Shown: positions 28,942 through 40,720 of the stretch, piece by piece
Layout of the letters: every line of letters starts with the position of its first letter
Numbering within the stretch: the stretch's first letter is position 1
Assembly: GCA_963846085.1 (NCBI GenBank)
Contig: CAWJUN010000001.1
Span: 1,274,722 to 1,338,721 of the forward strand
Direction: 5' to 3'
From: an uncultured Acidobacteriaceae bacterium
Lineage (GTDB): Bacteria > Acidobacteriota > Terriglobia > Terriglobales > Acidobacteriaceae
DNA: 64,000 nucleotides
Translations under genes and position numbers: made by a program
Notes under the pieces: model-generated
Databases searched by the model: none
Seen by the model: only the letters and a program-made list of their open reading frames with translations
What the model was told of the DNA's origin: nothing

Positions 28942-29820
28942 TCACCCTGCAAAACGCGGTTCATCCATCCCAGTAATGCCCGCTCGCAAGCGAAACAGGT
29001 CGCCCGATTGGGGATGCTGCTGCTTTTGCTCCTTGGTAAGCCCCAGCGCGGCCGAGGTGATGTAGAGCTCATCCAGTCGCTCGCCGCCAAATGCACAGCT
29101 TGTGGGGTTCGCCACGGGCAACTTGTACTCTCGGTCTACCCGGCCGTCGGGACTGTAGCGAATCACCTTCCATCCTCCACAGTACGCGCTCCACACGAAT
29201 CCCTCGCTATCCACCGTTAGCCCATCCGGGATGCCGCCTTCTGGACTTGTCTGCACGAAGGTCCTCCGGTTCGCAATCATTCCATTTTCGGCCGCATAGT
29301 CGTAGGCGTAGATGCTGTAGCGAAACGAATCTGTGAAATACATGATCTTTCGATCAGGACTCCAACCAATTCCGTTGGCCACGGTAATGTCTCGATCCAT
29401 TAGCCGGCTGGAACCGTCGCCTTCAATACAGAACAACTCACCATCCGGTCCTTTGGGGTTGGCGTCATTCAATGTGCCCACCCAAAACCTGCCTTCGCTG
29501 TCTGTCGCAGCATCGTTGAAACGAAAACCATCCCGCCCGGCAAGAGGGTTACAAACCGGCTCAAACCTCCTTCCTCGCATGTCCCAAGTGGCAATTCCTT
29601 TGGCGGTCGCAGCAATAAACCCACCCTCCTTCCGAATCCCCAAAGCCATCACTGGCATTCCCGTTTCAAAAATCTCCAAGTCCAGGGTTTGCGGAGAGAA
29701 GCGGAGGATTTGAAACCTCTCGATGAAGTTCACCCAGTAGAGACACCCTTCTTGCGAGTGCCAGACGGGTCCCTCCCCGATTACATTGCGAATTTCGAGA
29801 ACATGTTCCACTTCACTCAT
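28942..29820 (-). CDS. SMP-30/gluconolactonase/LRE family protein
   Basis: 292 aa. GEGPVWH, NDA..D..GR.W.GT and PDG...D..G motifs of the six-bladed propeller lactonases. Confidence 0.85.
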   Translation of the reverse strand: MSEVEHVLEIRNVIGEGPVWHSQEGCLYWVNFIERFQILRFSPQTLDLEIFETGMPVMALGIRKEGGFIAATAKGIATWDMRGRRFEPVCNPLAGRDGFRFNDAATDSEGRFWVGTLNDANPKGPDGELFCIEGDGSSRLMDRDITVANGIGWSPDRKIMYFTDSFRYSIYAYDYAAENGMIANRRTFVQTSPEGGIPDGLTVDSEGFVWSAYCGGWKVIRYSPDGRVDREYKLPVANPTSCAFGGERLDELYITSAALGLTKEQKQQHPQSGDLFRLRAGITGMDEPRFAG

Positions 29821-30045
29821 CGCTGGCCCGCCTCCTGGTTCCTCTGACTGTCGTTAAGGATAAACCACCAAATCGTCGTCAGAGGCCCGAGACTCCGGAA
29901 AGTAAGAAGGACAAAATGACCTGTTTTGCTCAGTTTTGCGCTCGGAGATGAGCCAACATTGTCTTTGCTCCAAAGCAGTTTGTCAGATCCTGGTCCTGTC
30001 GCGTAACTCGATCGTCAGGTACCGGACACATTAAAGGAGAATCAG

Positions 30046-30330
30046 ATGAAATCAAATAAGGTAGCTGCTGTGGTGTTGGCGCTAATCGTCGTGCTGGCGC
30101 TGTCGCTAACTGTAATCGCCCAGGACACCACTCAATCCACCACAACAACAACCCAGACTCCGACGCAGCCGCAAACCCAAACCACGCAGACCAATGAGAC
30201 CACCACGAAATACAAGCATCATCACAAGAAAGTGAAGAAGGAGAAAGAAACAACGACAACCACCACGACTCCGCCCCCCAGTGAGCGCACTGACACAACG
30301 ACGACCACCACAACGACACCCCCCCAGTAG
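30046..30330 (+). CDS. Small secreted Thr-rich low-complexity protein
   Basis: AGGAGA is 7 nt upstream of the ATG. Signal peptide MKSNKVAAVVLALIVVLALSLTVIAQD. Mature part is poly-Thr/Gln/Pro with a central basic patch KYKHHHKKVKKEKE. A hairpin follows the stop. Confidence 0.55.
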   Translation: MKSNKVAAVVLALIVVLALSLTVIAQDTTQSTTTTTQTPTQPQTQTTQTNETTTKYKHHHKKVKKEKETTTTTTTPPPSERTDTTTTTTTTPPQ

Positions 30331-30360
30331 TGCCGGTGTAACAATCAGATTCGAAGCAAC

Positions 30361-30387
30361 GCGCCTTCCCCGCGTGGTGGAAGGCGC
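30361..30387 (+). terminator. Stem-loop downstream of the Thr-rich gene (9-bp perfect GC-rich stem, 9-nt loop)
   Basis: GCGCCTTCC (30361-30369), loop CCGCGTGGT, GGAAGGCGC (30379-30387). Only a short TTT follows, so intrinsic-terminator function is uncertain. Confidence 0.45.
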
Positions 30388-30592
30388 GGGCTTTCCAAGA
30401 GGAACAGTCTCGAAGGCTCGGCGTCAGCTAGGCTGTGAAGTCAGCTTTGGCCGCTTCTTCACGCTGAGCCAATCTTCCCGATGCCCTTCCGAATCCCGTT
30501 TCATGCTAGCAGTGAGTTGAACCTTGGTAACTCTACATCGGCCCGCCTGTTTCCTATACTTACGCCAGCACATTCTCGTGGAAAAATCGCCC

Positions 30593-31390
30593 ATGCGTCG
30601 AATTCTTTTGCTTCTCATTGTCGTTGTGTGGAGTACGATTGCGCTCGCGCAGAGCACGTCTCCCGAGGCGCTCTACGATCGAGGAGTCGATGCAATTACC
30701 GGCATTGGGCCGTCGGAAAATGACGCCCTCGGGATTGAATGCTTCCGGCACTCCTCGGAACTTGGTTATGGACCGGCGCAAGTCGCTTTAGGCTACTACT
30801 ACGAAACAGGCACGTTTCTGGCGCGCGACCCTCTGCAGGCAGTGGATCTGTACCGTAAGGCGGCGCAGCAAGGCGATCCGCTGGCTGGCTGGATGGCAGG
30901 ACGACTCTATTTTGCGGGAGGCGCAATGCCACGCGATCTTGACGCCGCACGCAAGTGGCTGAAACTCGCTGCCGATCAGAACAATCCCTACGGCGCTTAC
31001 TATCTCGGTCGACTCCTGGCCGATCGCGACTTCACCAAGGCTCCATCGCTTTACAAAATTGCCGCGGATCAAGGACTGCCCCAAGCGCAATATTTCTACG
31101 CTAAGACGCTGAAAGATGGGCGCGGCATTCCGCAAGATCGCTTTACTGCCTATATCTGGTTCACCATCGCCGCCGATGCTGGCTACGCCGCCGCGGGCAC
31201 TGGCCTGAGCGAACTTGAGGCCACCGGCAACCTCACGATTGATCAAATCGGGCAGGCACGAGCGAAGGCGCGAGACTTGGAACAGGTCGTAATTCGCGCC
31301 GTGACCGCTCGCGGATGTTCTGGATGGGACGGAGAGTTTGATGAGTTCCCCACCCCGCCCCCGCCCAAGCTCCAGCGCTTCTGTCACTAA
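30593..31390 (+). CDS. Sel1-repeat (TPR-like) secreted protein
   Basis: ORF 30524-31390. ATG at 30593 gives the signal peptide MRRILLLLIVVVWSTIALAQ. Repeated Sel1 units (A..LG.YYE.G....D...A...Y.KAA.QG...A). Confidence 0.8.
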   Translation: MRRILLLLIVVVWSTIALAQSTSPEALYDRGVDAITGIGPSENDALGIECFRHSSELGYGPAQVALGYYYETGTFLARDPLQAVDLYRKAAQQGDPLAGWMAGRLYFAGGAMPRDLDAARKWLKLAADQNNPYGAYYLGRLLADRDFTKAPSLYKIAADQGLPQAQYFYAKTLKDGRGIPQDRFTAYIWFTIAADAGYAAAGTGLSELEATGNLTIDQIGQARAKARDLEQVVIRAVTARGCSGWDGEFDEFPTPPPPKLQRFCH

Positions 31391-31453
31391 GGTTTTCCCG
31401 CTGCCACTACTTGTTCGCGAAATGGCTGTCCGTCAATCGGAGCAAGGAGTGTC

Positions 31454-32458
31454 CTACACCATCTCCGTGCCCCACAGGTCATGCAGGTGCAGAATTCCCA
31501 GCAGACGATCGCCATCCACCACGGCCAGCGACGTAATCTTCTTTTCCTCCATCCGAGCCAACGCAGTCGCGGCAAACTCGCGCGCGCCAATGGTTTTTGG
31601 ATTCCGAGTCATGCAGTCTTGTGCAGCAAGGTCCAGCGCATCCTTGCCCCGTTGTTCCAGCAACCGGCGCAGATCGCCATCACTGATCACGCCGAGTAGA
31701 CGATCGTTCTCGACCACAGCCGCCATCCCCAGTTTTTTTCGCGACATTTCATAAATCACATCTGGCATCTTCGTCTGCGCCAGTACCCGCGGAATTGCTT
31801 CTCCCGAATGCATCAACGCTTCGACTCGAGCCAGCCGTTTGCCAAGTTTGCCGCCGGGATGCAAGTTGGCAAAATCCTCCTCTTTGAATCCGCGTCGTTC
31901 GGAAAGCACAACCGCGAGAGCATCCCCGAGCGCGAGCATCGTCGTGGTGGAAGCGGTGGGAGCAAGTCCCAACGAGCAGGCTTCCTTCGAAATCGAGCAA
32001 TCGAGAGCCACATCGGCCGCCGAGGCTAGCGCGGAAGCAGGCGGGAGGCGAGCGTCACCAATGGCCAGGTTTTCCGCAAGATCATCGCAAGTCATACTGA
32101 TTAATGGCACCTGCAATCGCTTGGTAGTCGCCACTAACTGGAGAATCTCCTCCGTTTCGCCACTCGCCGAGAGCGCCAGGACTACATCGCCGCGCATAAT
32201 CACACCGAGATCGCCGTGCAGTGCCTCGACTGGATGCAGATAGAGCGCTGGGGAACCGGTTGAACTCAACGTAGCCGCAATCTTCCGGGCGATGAGCCCG
32301 CTCTTTCCCATTCCCGTTACGACGACGCGGCCGCGCGATGCCAGCATCAATTCGAGTGCATGCTCGAAAGCCGCGGCCATCGGACCGGCCAACCGGTCGG
32401 CCAGTGCACCCAAAGCTTCCGCCTCAATGCGAACGACACTTTCGCCTACATGTTTCAT
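31454..32458 (-). CDS. kpsF: Arabinose-5-phosphate isomerase (KpsF/GutQ family; SIS + tandem CBS)
   Basis: 334 aa. SIS motif VVTGMGKSG. C-terminal CBS pair (VISDGDLRR, LAVVDGDRLLGILHLHDL). Confidence 0.9.
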   Translation of the reverse strand: MKHVGESVVRIEAEALGALADRLAGPMAAAFEHALELMLASRGRVVVTGMGKSGLIARKIAATLSSTGSPALYLHPVEALHGDLGVIMRGDVVLALSASGETEEILQLVATTKRLQVPLISMTCDDLAENLAIGDARLPPASALASAADVALDCSISKEACSLGLAPTASTTTMLALGDALAVVLSERRGFKEEDFANLHPGGKLGKRLARVEALMHSGEAIPRVLAQTKMPDVIYEMSRKKLGMAAVVENDRLLGVISDGDLRRLLEQRGKDALDLAAQDCMTRNPKTIGAREFAATALARMEEKKITSLAVVDGDRLLGILHLHDLWGTEMV

Positions 32459-32733
32459 GAAGGAGAAATGGTAGCAGAAGCGATGACGAGTGAGCCCGCC
32501 ACCGTCGACGGTCAGGATTTGCTTACGGTGAAACTCGAGGGATTTTCGATTTTATCTACCGAAAACACCGGAAGCAACCTTTAGCGAAGATTCGAGTTCG
32601 TGCAAATTTTTCGTACAGTTTACTTTGCAATCTCCTACGGTGACGGCCAACTCCATAGCGGGCCGATACTTGCGCCGAAACTTGACCGCAAGTTTCATTC
32701 CACATATGGCGATGTGCTTGCTTTTACCAAGAC

Positions 32734-32919
32734 ATGACAACCGAAGAAAAGAATTGGAGAAAACTGTGCGCGGCGGTAGCTGAGGAAAAAGACCCCGAGC
32801 TTCTGTCTCGGCTCGTGGAAGAACTCATTGAAGCCTTGGATGAGGTAAAGCAAGATCTCGAAAATCGGGATTCGCAAGTAGACGGCGGTGCGGCCGCCAC
32901 CGAACAAGGCGAACTTTAA
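32734..32919 (+). CDS. Small hypothetical helical acidic protein (61 aa)
   Basis: ATG-initiated ORF in an otherwise empty 275-nt gap. Coding-like codon usage. The motif EEKDPELLSRLVEELIEALDE resembles small conserved proteins I recall from soil bacteria. Weak support. Confidence 0.4.
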   Translation: MTTEEKNWRKLCAAVAEEKDPELLSRLVEELIEALDEVKQDLENRDSQVDGGAAATEQGEL

Positions 32920-32945
32920 AGCCTACATGGAAAAGAGATCGACTG

Positions 32946-34091
32946 CTAAAAATGATCATCGACGGGGTGCCCGGGATGTTCCAGCGCGCGAGCTTGGATG
33001 GCGCGATCCCACGGTCCGCTCTTCCAGTTGTCCTTTCTGGGCTCCGCATGGATCCACGGGGGCAAAGCCATCAACAACCGGCGACTGAGAGCGTATATAT
33101 AAGGCTCGTATAAGACCCTGAGTTCAGCCAAGCGCTCATCGGCACCGTCGTTTTGACTACTCAGATTGACACCATGCGCAATAAGGTCGGTGCGCAAACG
33201 CGTCATTTCGTCCATGGACAGTCGTTCTGGATCGAGCGAACTATATTCCGATTTGACGGTCTGTGCGAGATCAACAACTGCGTGACGGGCCATAGCGAAA
33301 GTTAGCTTCGCCTGGTCCGGATGAATGCCGTCGACGCCCGTTATGACCAGCGACGTGACATCGAGCATCGATGTGACTGCGCTCAACCAGGATTGATTCG
33401 GATGCTGCGACCGAAAGAAAACGAGCACAGGGTACGAGATATGGCTAGAGAGCAGGTCCGCGCACCAACGCTCCCAATCACGAAAGATCTGGTCCAGTAC
33501 CGTTTGCTCGGGACAACACCCCAATCTTCCCAGAAATTCCGCAGCGCTCGGCGGGGATCCGGCGCGCGCATCGAGCAGCGCAATTTCAATCTCGCGCGTA
33601 GCAAATACGTTATAAATTACCGGCAGATATCCCACGACAACTCCTAGGAACGCAAAGCCCATGCCGGCCTCCAACACTGAGAGTGCTCGCGCAGCCGCGT
33701 TATTGGGCGTGATATCTCCATACCCTAACGTGAAAAAAGTTTCCCCACTCAGATAGAGCACTTTCCCAAACGTGATCGGTTCGTTGCCCAACGACACATG
33801 CTCGCCCAATCCGTATTGCACGCAGGCAAATCCGAAAATCAACCCCATCGCCCAGAAGCCCAGCAGGATAATCAGCGATAGAGGTCCATAGTAGGCGAGA
33901 AAACCTTCACGCCGGTTTGCGGCCTTGATTCGACGGCCTACGCGAACCCAAAAACCCCAGGTATTCCTGTAGAACCACGACGCAATCCGGAAATGGCGCT
34001 TAATGCGTCGCGGTAAAACGACTGTCTCAAACGCATCCATCAGGATGGCAAAGATGAGAAGTATCCCGAAGATTGACGCCCACCAATGCAT
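32946..34091 (-). CDS. Potassium channel family protein (2TM pore, TLGYGD filter) with an uncharacterised C-terminal cytoplasmic domain
   Basis: 381 aa. The selectivity filter FFTLGYGDITP is flanked by TM helices. The ~200-aa C-terminal region has no Rossmann GxGxxG (so not obviously RCK). Confidence 0.8.
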   Translation of the reverse strand: MHWWASIFGILLIFAILMDAFETVVLPRRIKRHFRIASWFYRNTWGFWVRVGRRIKAANRREGFLAYYGPLSLIILLGFWAMGLIFGFACVQYGLGEHVSLGNEPITFGKVLYLSGETFFTLGYGDITPNNAAARALSVLEAGMGFAFLGVVVGYLPVIYNVFATREIEIALLDARAGSPPSAAEFLGRLGCCPEQTVLDQIFRDWERWCADLLSSHISYPVLVFFRSQHPNQSWLSAVTSMLDVTSLVITGVDGIHPDQAKLTFAMARHAVVDLAQTVKSEYSSLDPERLSMDEMTRLRTDLIAHGVNLSSQNDGADERLAELRVLYEPYIYALSRRLLMALPPWIHAEPRKDNWKSGPWDRAIQARALEHPGHPVDDHF

Positions 34092-34143
34092 AGCGATGTA
34101 GTTCAGATGATGCGGAAAATAGTAGCAGATTCAGGGAATGCGC

Positions 34144-34992
34144 TTACGGAGTTGCGTGCGCTGCTTCTAGCGCCTTCTTGACCGCATGCAGCTCTTTCAA
34201 CAATCCACGCAGGTTGCGGGTGTCGAGCGCGTTAGCACCGTCGCTCTTCGCTTTTTTGGGATTGTCGTGCACTTCCATGAACACTCCGTCGACACCCGCC
34301 GCGACCGCCGCGCGCGAAAGAACGGGGATAAATTCCGGCTGTCCACCGCTGGCTGCTGGCTTGTCACCTTCGCCCTGCGGAGATGAGGGCAACTGGACCG
34401 AGTGGGTTGCGTCAAACACGACAGGCGCAAACTTCCGCATAATCGCCAGCGACCGCATGTCGACGACAAGATTGTTGTAGCCAAAACTCGATCCACGCTC
34501 GGTGACGAAAACCTGGCTGTTTCCCGCGTCGCGACACTTATCGACAGCGTGTTTGATGTCCCACGGCGAAACGAACTGGCCCTTTTTGATATTAACCGGA
34601 CGCCCACTGAGCGCCGCTGCTACGATCAGATCGGTCTGGCGACAGAGAAACGCTGGTATCTGCAGCACGTCCACGACCTCAGCCACTGCGGCCACATCAG
34701 CCGCTTGGTGCACGTCCGTCAATACCGGAACGTGAACCTCGTCTTTCACCTTCTGGAGAATGCGCAGACCCTCTTTGATCCCCGGCCCGCGAAAGCTGCG
34801 GATCGATGTGCGGTTCGCCTTGTCATAGGAGGCTTTAAAGATGAAGGGGAAGTTCAAGGAACGCACCACGCCCTTGATTATTTCGGCCATCCGCAGCGCG
34901 TGTTCTTCGCTCTCAATCACACACGGCCCGGCGATGAGAAACAGATCGCCTGAACCGACGCGAACGTTATCGATTTGGAATGATAAGGTCAT
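34144..34992 (-). CDS. kdsA: 3-deoxy-8-phosphooctulonate synthase KdsA
   Basis: 282 aa. Motifs [33 protein letters not shown]. Confidence 0.93.
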   Translation of the reverse strand: MTLSFQIDNVRVGSGDLFLIAGPCVIESEEHALRMAEIIKGVVRSLNFPFIFKASYDKANRTSIRSFRGPGIKEGLRILQKVKDEVHVPVLTDVHQAADVAAVAEVVDVLQIPAFLCRQTDLIVAAALSGRPVNIKKGQFVSPWDIKHAVDKCRDAGNSQVFVTERGSSFGYNNLVVDMRSLAIMRKFAPVVFDATHSVQLPSSPQGEGDKPAASGGQPEFIPVLSRAAVAAGVDGVFMEVHDNPKKAKSDGANALDTRNLRGLLKELHAVKKALEAAHATP

Positions 34993-35046
34993 AGTCTTCG
35001 ACGTCGGTACGAAGAGTTGCGTCTCCGCGCCCGCGTGATGGAGGTT

Positions 35047-36728
<1,682 letters not shown>

Positions 36729-36836
36729 CGCTTCCTCGCTTTAAATTGTTTTGGAAAATTGTGCGGGCTGGGGTGCACGATCAATTATGGCAGAACTTTT
36801 TCCGGAAGGGAATGTGGAAAAAACAGTTCGCAGAGA

Positions 36837-37748
36837 TCAGTTTTTCAGCGATCCGTTCGAACCCAACTGCTTTCTCAAGTTCTGAAACAAGTCGGGCAAT
36901 CGTTGATTCCACTGATTCCAGTCGTGTCCGCCAGGAACCACGTGAAACTCGTATCGAAAATGATGGCTTTCCAGCAAAGCCGCGAAATTTCGATTCGCGG
37001 GTAGTAATCCCTCTTGATCACCGCAGGTCAGAAACAGATACGGCGTTTTTGCAGGATCCGCGGCTCGAGCGAGAACAAAAGGGTCGCCGCTACGTTGCGC
37101 CTGTCCTCCCCAAGGTCCAAATATTGAACGATGGTGTTGCCATTGTGAAATCCGCTTGATGGAAAACGGCCGACTGGGAACATCGACAGCGGGGCTGATT
37201 CCCGCACTGAAAACGAACAGGTCCGGATGGCTGAACGCAAGTTTAAGCGCGCCATATCCGCCCATCGAGACCCCGACGATCGCTCGATTCGCACGCCCCA
37301 CCGCTGCCGGAAAATTGTTTTCAACGTCGGCAATAAGATCCTTCACAATGTAGTCTTCGTAGCGATCCTGTTGCCGTTCGGCCGCGTTTACGTAGTAGGA
37401 GTCATCGCCCTCCGGCATAACGAGGATCAGACCTCGCTCGGCATAGCTTGTCGAGTTCGAGAAGTTGGACCAATCGCGAAACCCACCTCCGCCGCCGTGC
37501 AACAAGTAGACGACTGGCAGTTTCACGCCGGAGGCAAGGCTCGCTGGCAGAACAACTCGGTATTGCATGTCGCGGTCGAGTGCCACACTGCGGAAAGTAA
37601 CGTCTCGCATCGCAACATTTGGAGTGAGTCGAGGACGATCGGGCGACGCTTCCTGTTTCGTCCTATTGCATGCGGTCACTAGCAACGAAATCACGCAGAG
37701 ACTCGCGAGAACCGAATACGAACACGAGGCACGAGTCATAGAAGACAC
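36837..37748 (-). CDS. Secreted alpha/beta-hydrolase esterase (putative esterase / esterase D-like family)
   Basis: 303 aa. Signal/lipobox-like LCVISLLVTAC. LHGGGGG oxyanion region. Nucleophile elbow GVSMGGYGA. C-terminal ...GGHDW. Confidence 0.75.
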   Translation of the reverse strand: MSSMTRASCSYSVLASLCVISLLVTACNRTKQEASPDRPRLTPNVAMRDVTFRSVALDRDMQYRVVLPASLASGVKLPVVYLLHGGGGGFRDWSNFSNSTSYAERGLILVMPEGDDSYYVNAAERQQDRYEDYIVKDLIADVENNFPAAVGRANRAIVGVSMGGYGALKLAFSHPDLFVFSAGISPAVDVPSRPFSIKRISQWQHHRSIFGPWGGQAQRSGDPFVLARAADPAKTPYLFLTCGDQEGLLPANRNFAALLESHHFRYEFHVVPGGHDWNQWNQRLPDLFQNLRKQLGSNGSLKN

Positions 37749-37847
37749 TGTCCTCGATGACTGTACCCCGTCCGAAACACTATGTCCGACACATAATAAA
37801 GAGCCGTCACAATCCGCGAGCCTCAGTCTCTTCCGCTAGAATATCCC

Positions 37848-40625
37848 ATGCCCGACAGTCCCCTTTGGGGTGATGGCCCTCAGGCCACGCGTCTCGCCGA
37901 ATTAACCGCCGACACCTCCGATCCCGCAAAAGAACTTCCGCTACGCCGCGACGTACGCTCTCTCGGCATCCTGCTGGGCCGTGTGCTGGTTGAGCAGGAG
38001 GGTGAAGCTTTTCTCGATATCGTCGAGCAGTTGCGGCGACTCCTGATTCAGCATCGCGAGCGTCCATCCTCGGGCAACGCTGCTGACGTCGATCACAGTC
38101 TCATGAAGCGCGCTCGCGAAATCATCAGTGGGCTGTCGGTGGACGATGCCTATCGCGTGACGAAAGCCTTCGCCATTTATTTCGAACTGACCAACCTGGC
38201 CGAGACCAACCATCGCAAGCGCCGCCGCCGCGCAACCCGCATGCTGACGGGTAAGACCGCCGTGGATGGCTCCTTCCGCGGCACGCTTACCCGCATGAAG
38301 GCGGCAGGGATTTCGCCGCAAGCCATGTTCGAATCGTTGGGCAAGGTGAAAGTTACGCCCGTATTCACCGCACATCCAACAGAGATCACCCGCCACACGA
38401 TCCGGCTGAAGCGGCATCGCATCGCCGGATATCTGGAACGCCTCGACCAATTGCCGCTTTCGGATTCGGACGCTCGCGAATATGAATCGCTGATCCTCGC
38501 GGAGATTACCGCGCTCTGGCAGACCGACGAGGTTCGTCTCAACAAACCAACTGTCCGCGATGAAATTCACATGGGACTCGACTACTTTCCCATGGTGTTG
38601 TTCGAAACCCTGCCGCGCCTCTTTGCCGAACTGGAAGAATCTTTGCGTGACGTGTACGGCGTGGACCACATGGCTCCAGAGTTGCTGTCGTTTGGGTCGT
38701 GGATCGGTGGCGACCGTGACGGCAATCCCTTCGTCACCGCCTCCTGCACCTGCGAGGCGCTCGTGATGGCGCGTCACGTTATCGTCGATCACTACATCGC
38801 CGAGACCATTCGCTTGATTGGCCAACTCAGCATGTCGACCCGCCGCATCGGAGTGTCAAACGCTTTGGCGCAGCGGCTACGCGATTATGAAGAACAGTTG
38901 GGGGGCGAACACTCCCGATGGAAGCAGATTACCGAGGCAGAACTCTATCGCCATTTCCTAGAATTCCTCATCGCACGACTCCGTTTCAGCCGCGATTCGT
39001 CCGAACACGCTCACGCCTACGAATCGTCGTCTCAGTTTGAAGCGGACCTTACCGTCGTCCGCGAAAGTCTTTGCGAAAACCGCGGTCGACGGTTAGCAGA
39101 ATTCGTATCGCAGCTCTTACGTAAGGTACGAACTTTCGGCTTCCACCTCCACGCGCTCGACATTCGGCAAAATGCTCGCGTCCAGTCGGAGGCGCTCCGG
39201 GAACTCGAATCCGCGATCAACCCCTCCTTGCCGACCACACCGTTTCCACCGCACCTCTCCGCTCAATCGGTCGAGCTTCTCGAAACGTTCCGCGAGATTG
39301 CCGAATCGAAAAAAACGCACTCGCCGAAAACGATTCGCAATTTCGTCATCAGTAACACGCAGTCTGAAGACGACATTTTCGCCGTCATTCGTCTGGCTGC
39401 TCTGGGCGGCGTCTCAGCCAAGGCGAGCAACGGTGATCCCGGACTCATGCCCGTGCCCCTCTTCGAATCGATCGAGGCTTTGCACGCTTCTCCGGCAATC
39501 ATGCGTCGGGTCTGGAAGGCACCCGAGTACCAGTCGCTTCTCAACTCATGGGGCCGTGCACACGAAGTCATGCTTGGTTACTCCGACTCCAACAAAGATG
39601 GAGGCATGCTGACTAGCACATGGGAACTTCACAAGGCGCAGCATCTGCTGCACGAGGCCGCTCGCGACTGCGATGTGCACCTGCGCCTGTTCCATGGCCG
39701 CGGGGGCACAGTCGGACGAGGCGGCGGTCCCACGCACGCCGCTATTCTTGCTCAACCGGCTGGCGATTTTTCCGGCGATATTCGCATCACCGAACAAGGC
39801 GAAGTTCTGAGTTGGAAGTACGCCGACCCCGTGCTTGCCGAGTGGAATCTGGAAATCATGATTGCGGCCTGCCTCGAAGCCATCACCATGCCCTCGAAAG
39901 CCGCTCCGGAAGCCAAACAGCGCTGGGACGAAGCAATGGAGTCGATGTCGGCCGATGCTTTCGCCTTCTACCGCGAGCACATCGCCGAAAATCCAGACGT
40001 GCTGGAATATTTCGAGCAGGCGACTCCAGTCAACGAATTGGAGCACGCCCGAATCGGCTCGCGCCCCGCGCGCCGCAATTCGAGTCGCAGCCTCGAAGAC
40101 CTGCGCGCCATCCCCTGGGTTTTTGGCTGGATGCAGAGTCGCCACGCCGTTCCAGCCTGGTTTGGAGTTGGACATGCACTCGAACGCTTCGCTGCGGTCG
40201 GCGCCGGGCATACCCAACTTCTACGCGAGATGATGCAGGGCTTTCCACTCTTCGCGAGCCTGATTCGCAGCGTGGAAATCGCGATGGCCAAAGCCGATTT
40301 CGCGATTGCCCGAATGTATGCGAATCTCGTGACAAGCGAAGTGCTCCGTGACCGTGTCTTCGAGATGCTTCGACAGGAGTTTGAACGGACTCGACGCGTC
40401 ATCCTCAGCGTCACCGGGCAACGCGAGTTACTCGAAGCAAATCCGGTTCTGTTTCGATCAGTGCGACTGCGCAACCCGTACGTCGATCCCCTCAGCCTCG
40501 TTCAAGTCGACCTTCTGCGTCGCAAGCGAGCCTTCAGCGACCGAACATCGGTCGATCCGTCTCTCGAATACGCCATCGGAGCGACCATGAATGGCATCGC
40601 CGCCGGTTTGCACAACACCGGATAG
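37848..40625 (+). CDS. ppc: Phosphoenolpyruvate carboxylase
   Basis: 925 aa. Motifs VFTAHPTE, GYSDSNKDGG, FHGRGGTVGRGGGP. C-terminal ...GLHNTG. Confidence 0.95.
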   Translation: MPDSPLWGDGPQATRLAELTADTSDPAKELPLRRDVRSLGILLGRVLVEQEGEAFLDIVEQLRRLLIQHRERPSSGNAADVDHSLMKRAREIISGLSVDDAYRVTKAFAIYFELTNLAETNHRKRRRRATRMLTGKTAVDGSFRGTLTRMKAAGISPQAMFESLGKVKVTPVFTAHPTEITRHTIRLKRHRIAGYLERLDQLPLSDSDAREYESLILAEITALWQTDEVRLNKPTVRDEIHMGLDYFPMVLFETLPRLFAELEESLRDVYGVDHMAPELLSFGSWIGGDRDGNPFVTASCTCEALVMARHVIVDHYIAETIRLIGQLSMSTRRIGVSNALAQRLRDYEEQLGGEHSRWKQITEAELYRHFLEFLIARLRFSRDSSEHAHAYESSSQFEADLTVVRESLCENRGRRLAEFVSQLLRKVRTFGFHLHALDIRQNARVQSEALRELESAINPSLPTTPFPPHLSAQSVELLETFREIAESKKTHSPKTIRNFVISNTQSEDDIFAVIRLAALGGVSAKASNGDPGLMPVPLFESIEALHASPAIMRRVWKAPEYQSLLNSWGRAHEVMLGYSDSNKDGGMLTSTWELHKAQHLLHEAARDCDVHLRLFHGRGGTVGRGGGPTHAAILAQPAGDFSGDIRITEQGEVLSWKYADPVLAEWNLEIMIAACLEAITMPSKAAPEAKQRWDEAMESMSADAFAFYREHIAENPDVLEYFEQATPVNELEHARIGSRPARRNSSRSLEDLRAIPWVFGWMQSRHAVPAWFGVGHALERFAAVGAGHTQLLREMMQGFPLFASLIRSVEIAMAKADFAIARMYANLVTSEVLRDRVFEMLRQEFERTRRVILSVTGQRELLEANPVLFRSVRLRNPYVDPLSLVQVDLLRRKRAFSDRTSVDPSLEYAIGATMNGIAAGLHNTG

Positions 40626-40720
40626 AAAGTGCTTTTCGATTGTGTTCATTTGATCCCACCGCTTCCTTGGCCTCGAATCGCTCGCATCTAACCTATCCAG
40701 ATGCAGAAGAAAGATCGATA

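Noticed and set aside
37941-38825. 294-aa ORF antisense to ppc. Similar long antisense ORFs occur at 8288-9097 (cheB), 47274-48116 (GAF-TonB_C), 30788-31387 (Sel1) and 12699-13418 (OMP).
   Set aside because: All are nested opposite genes with strong family signatures and show shadow-ORF composition. I treat them as consequences of GC-rich codon bias.
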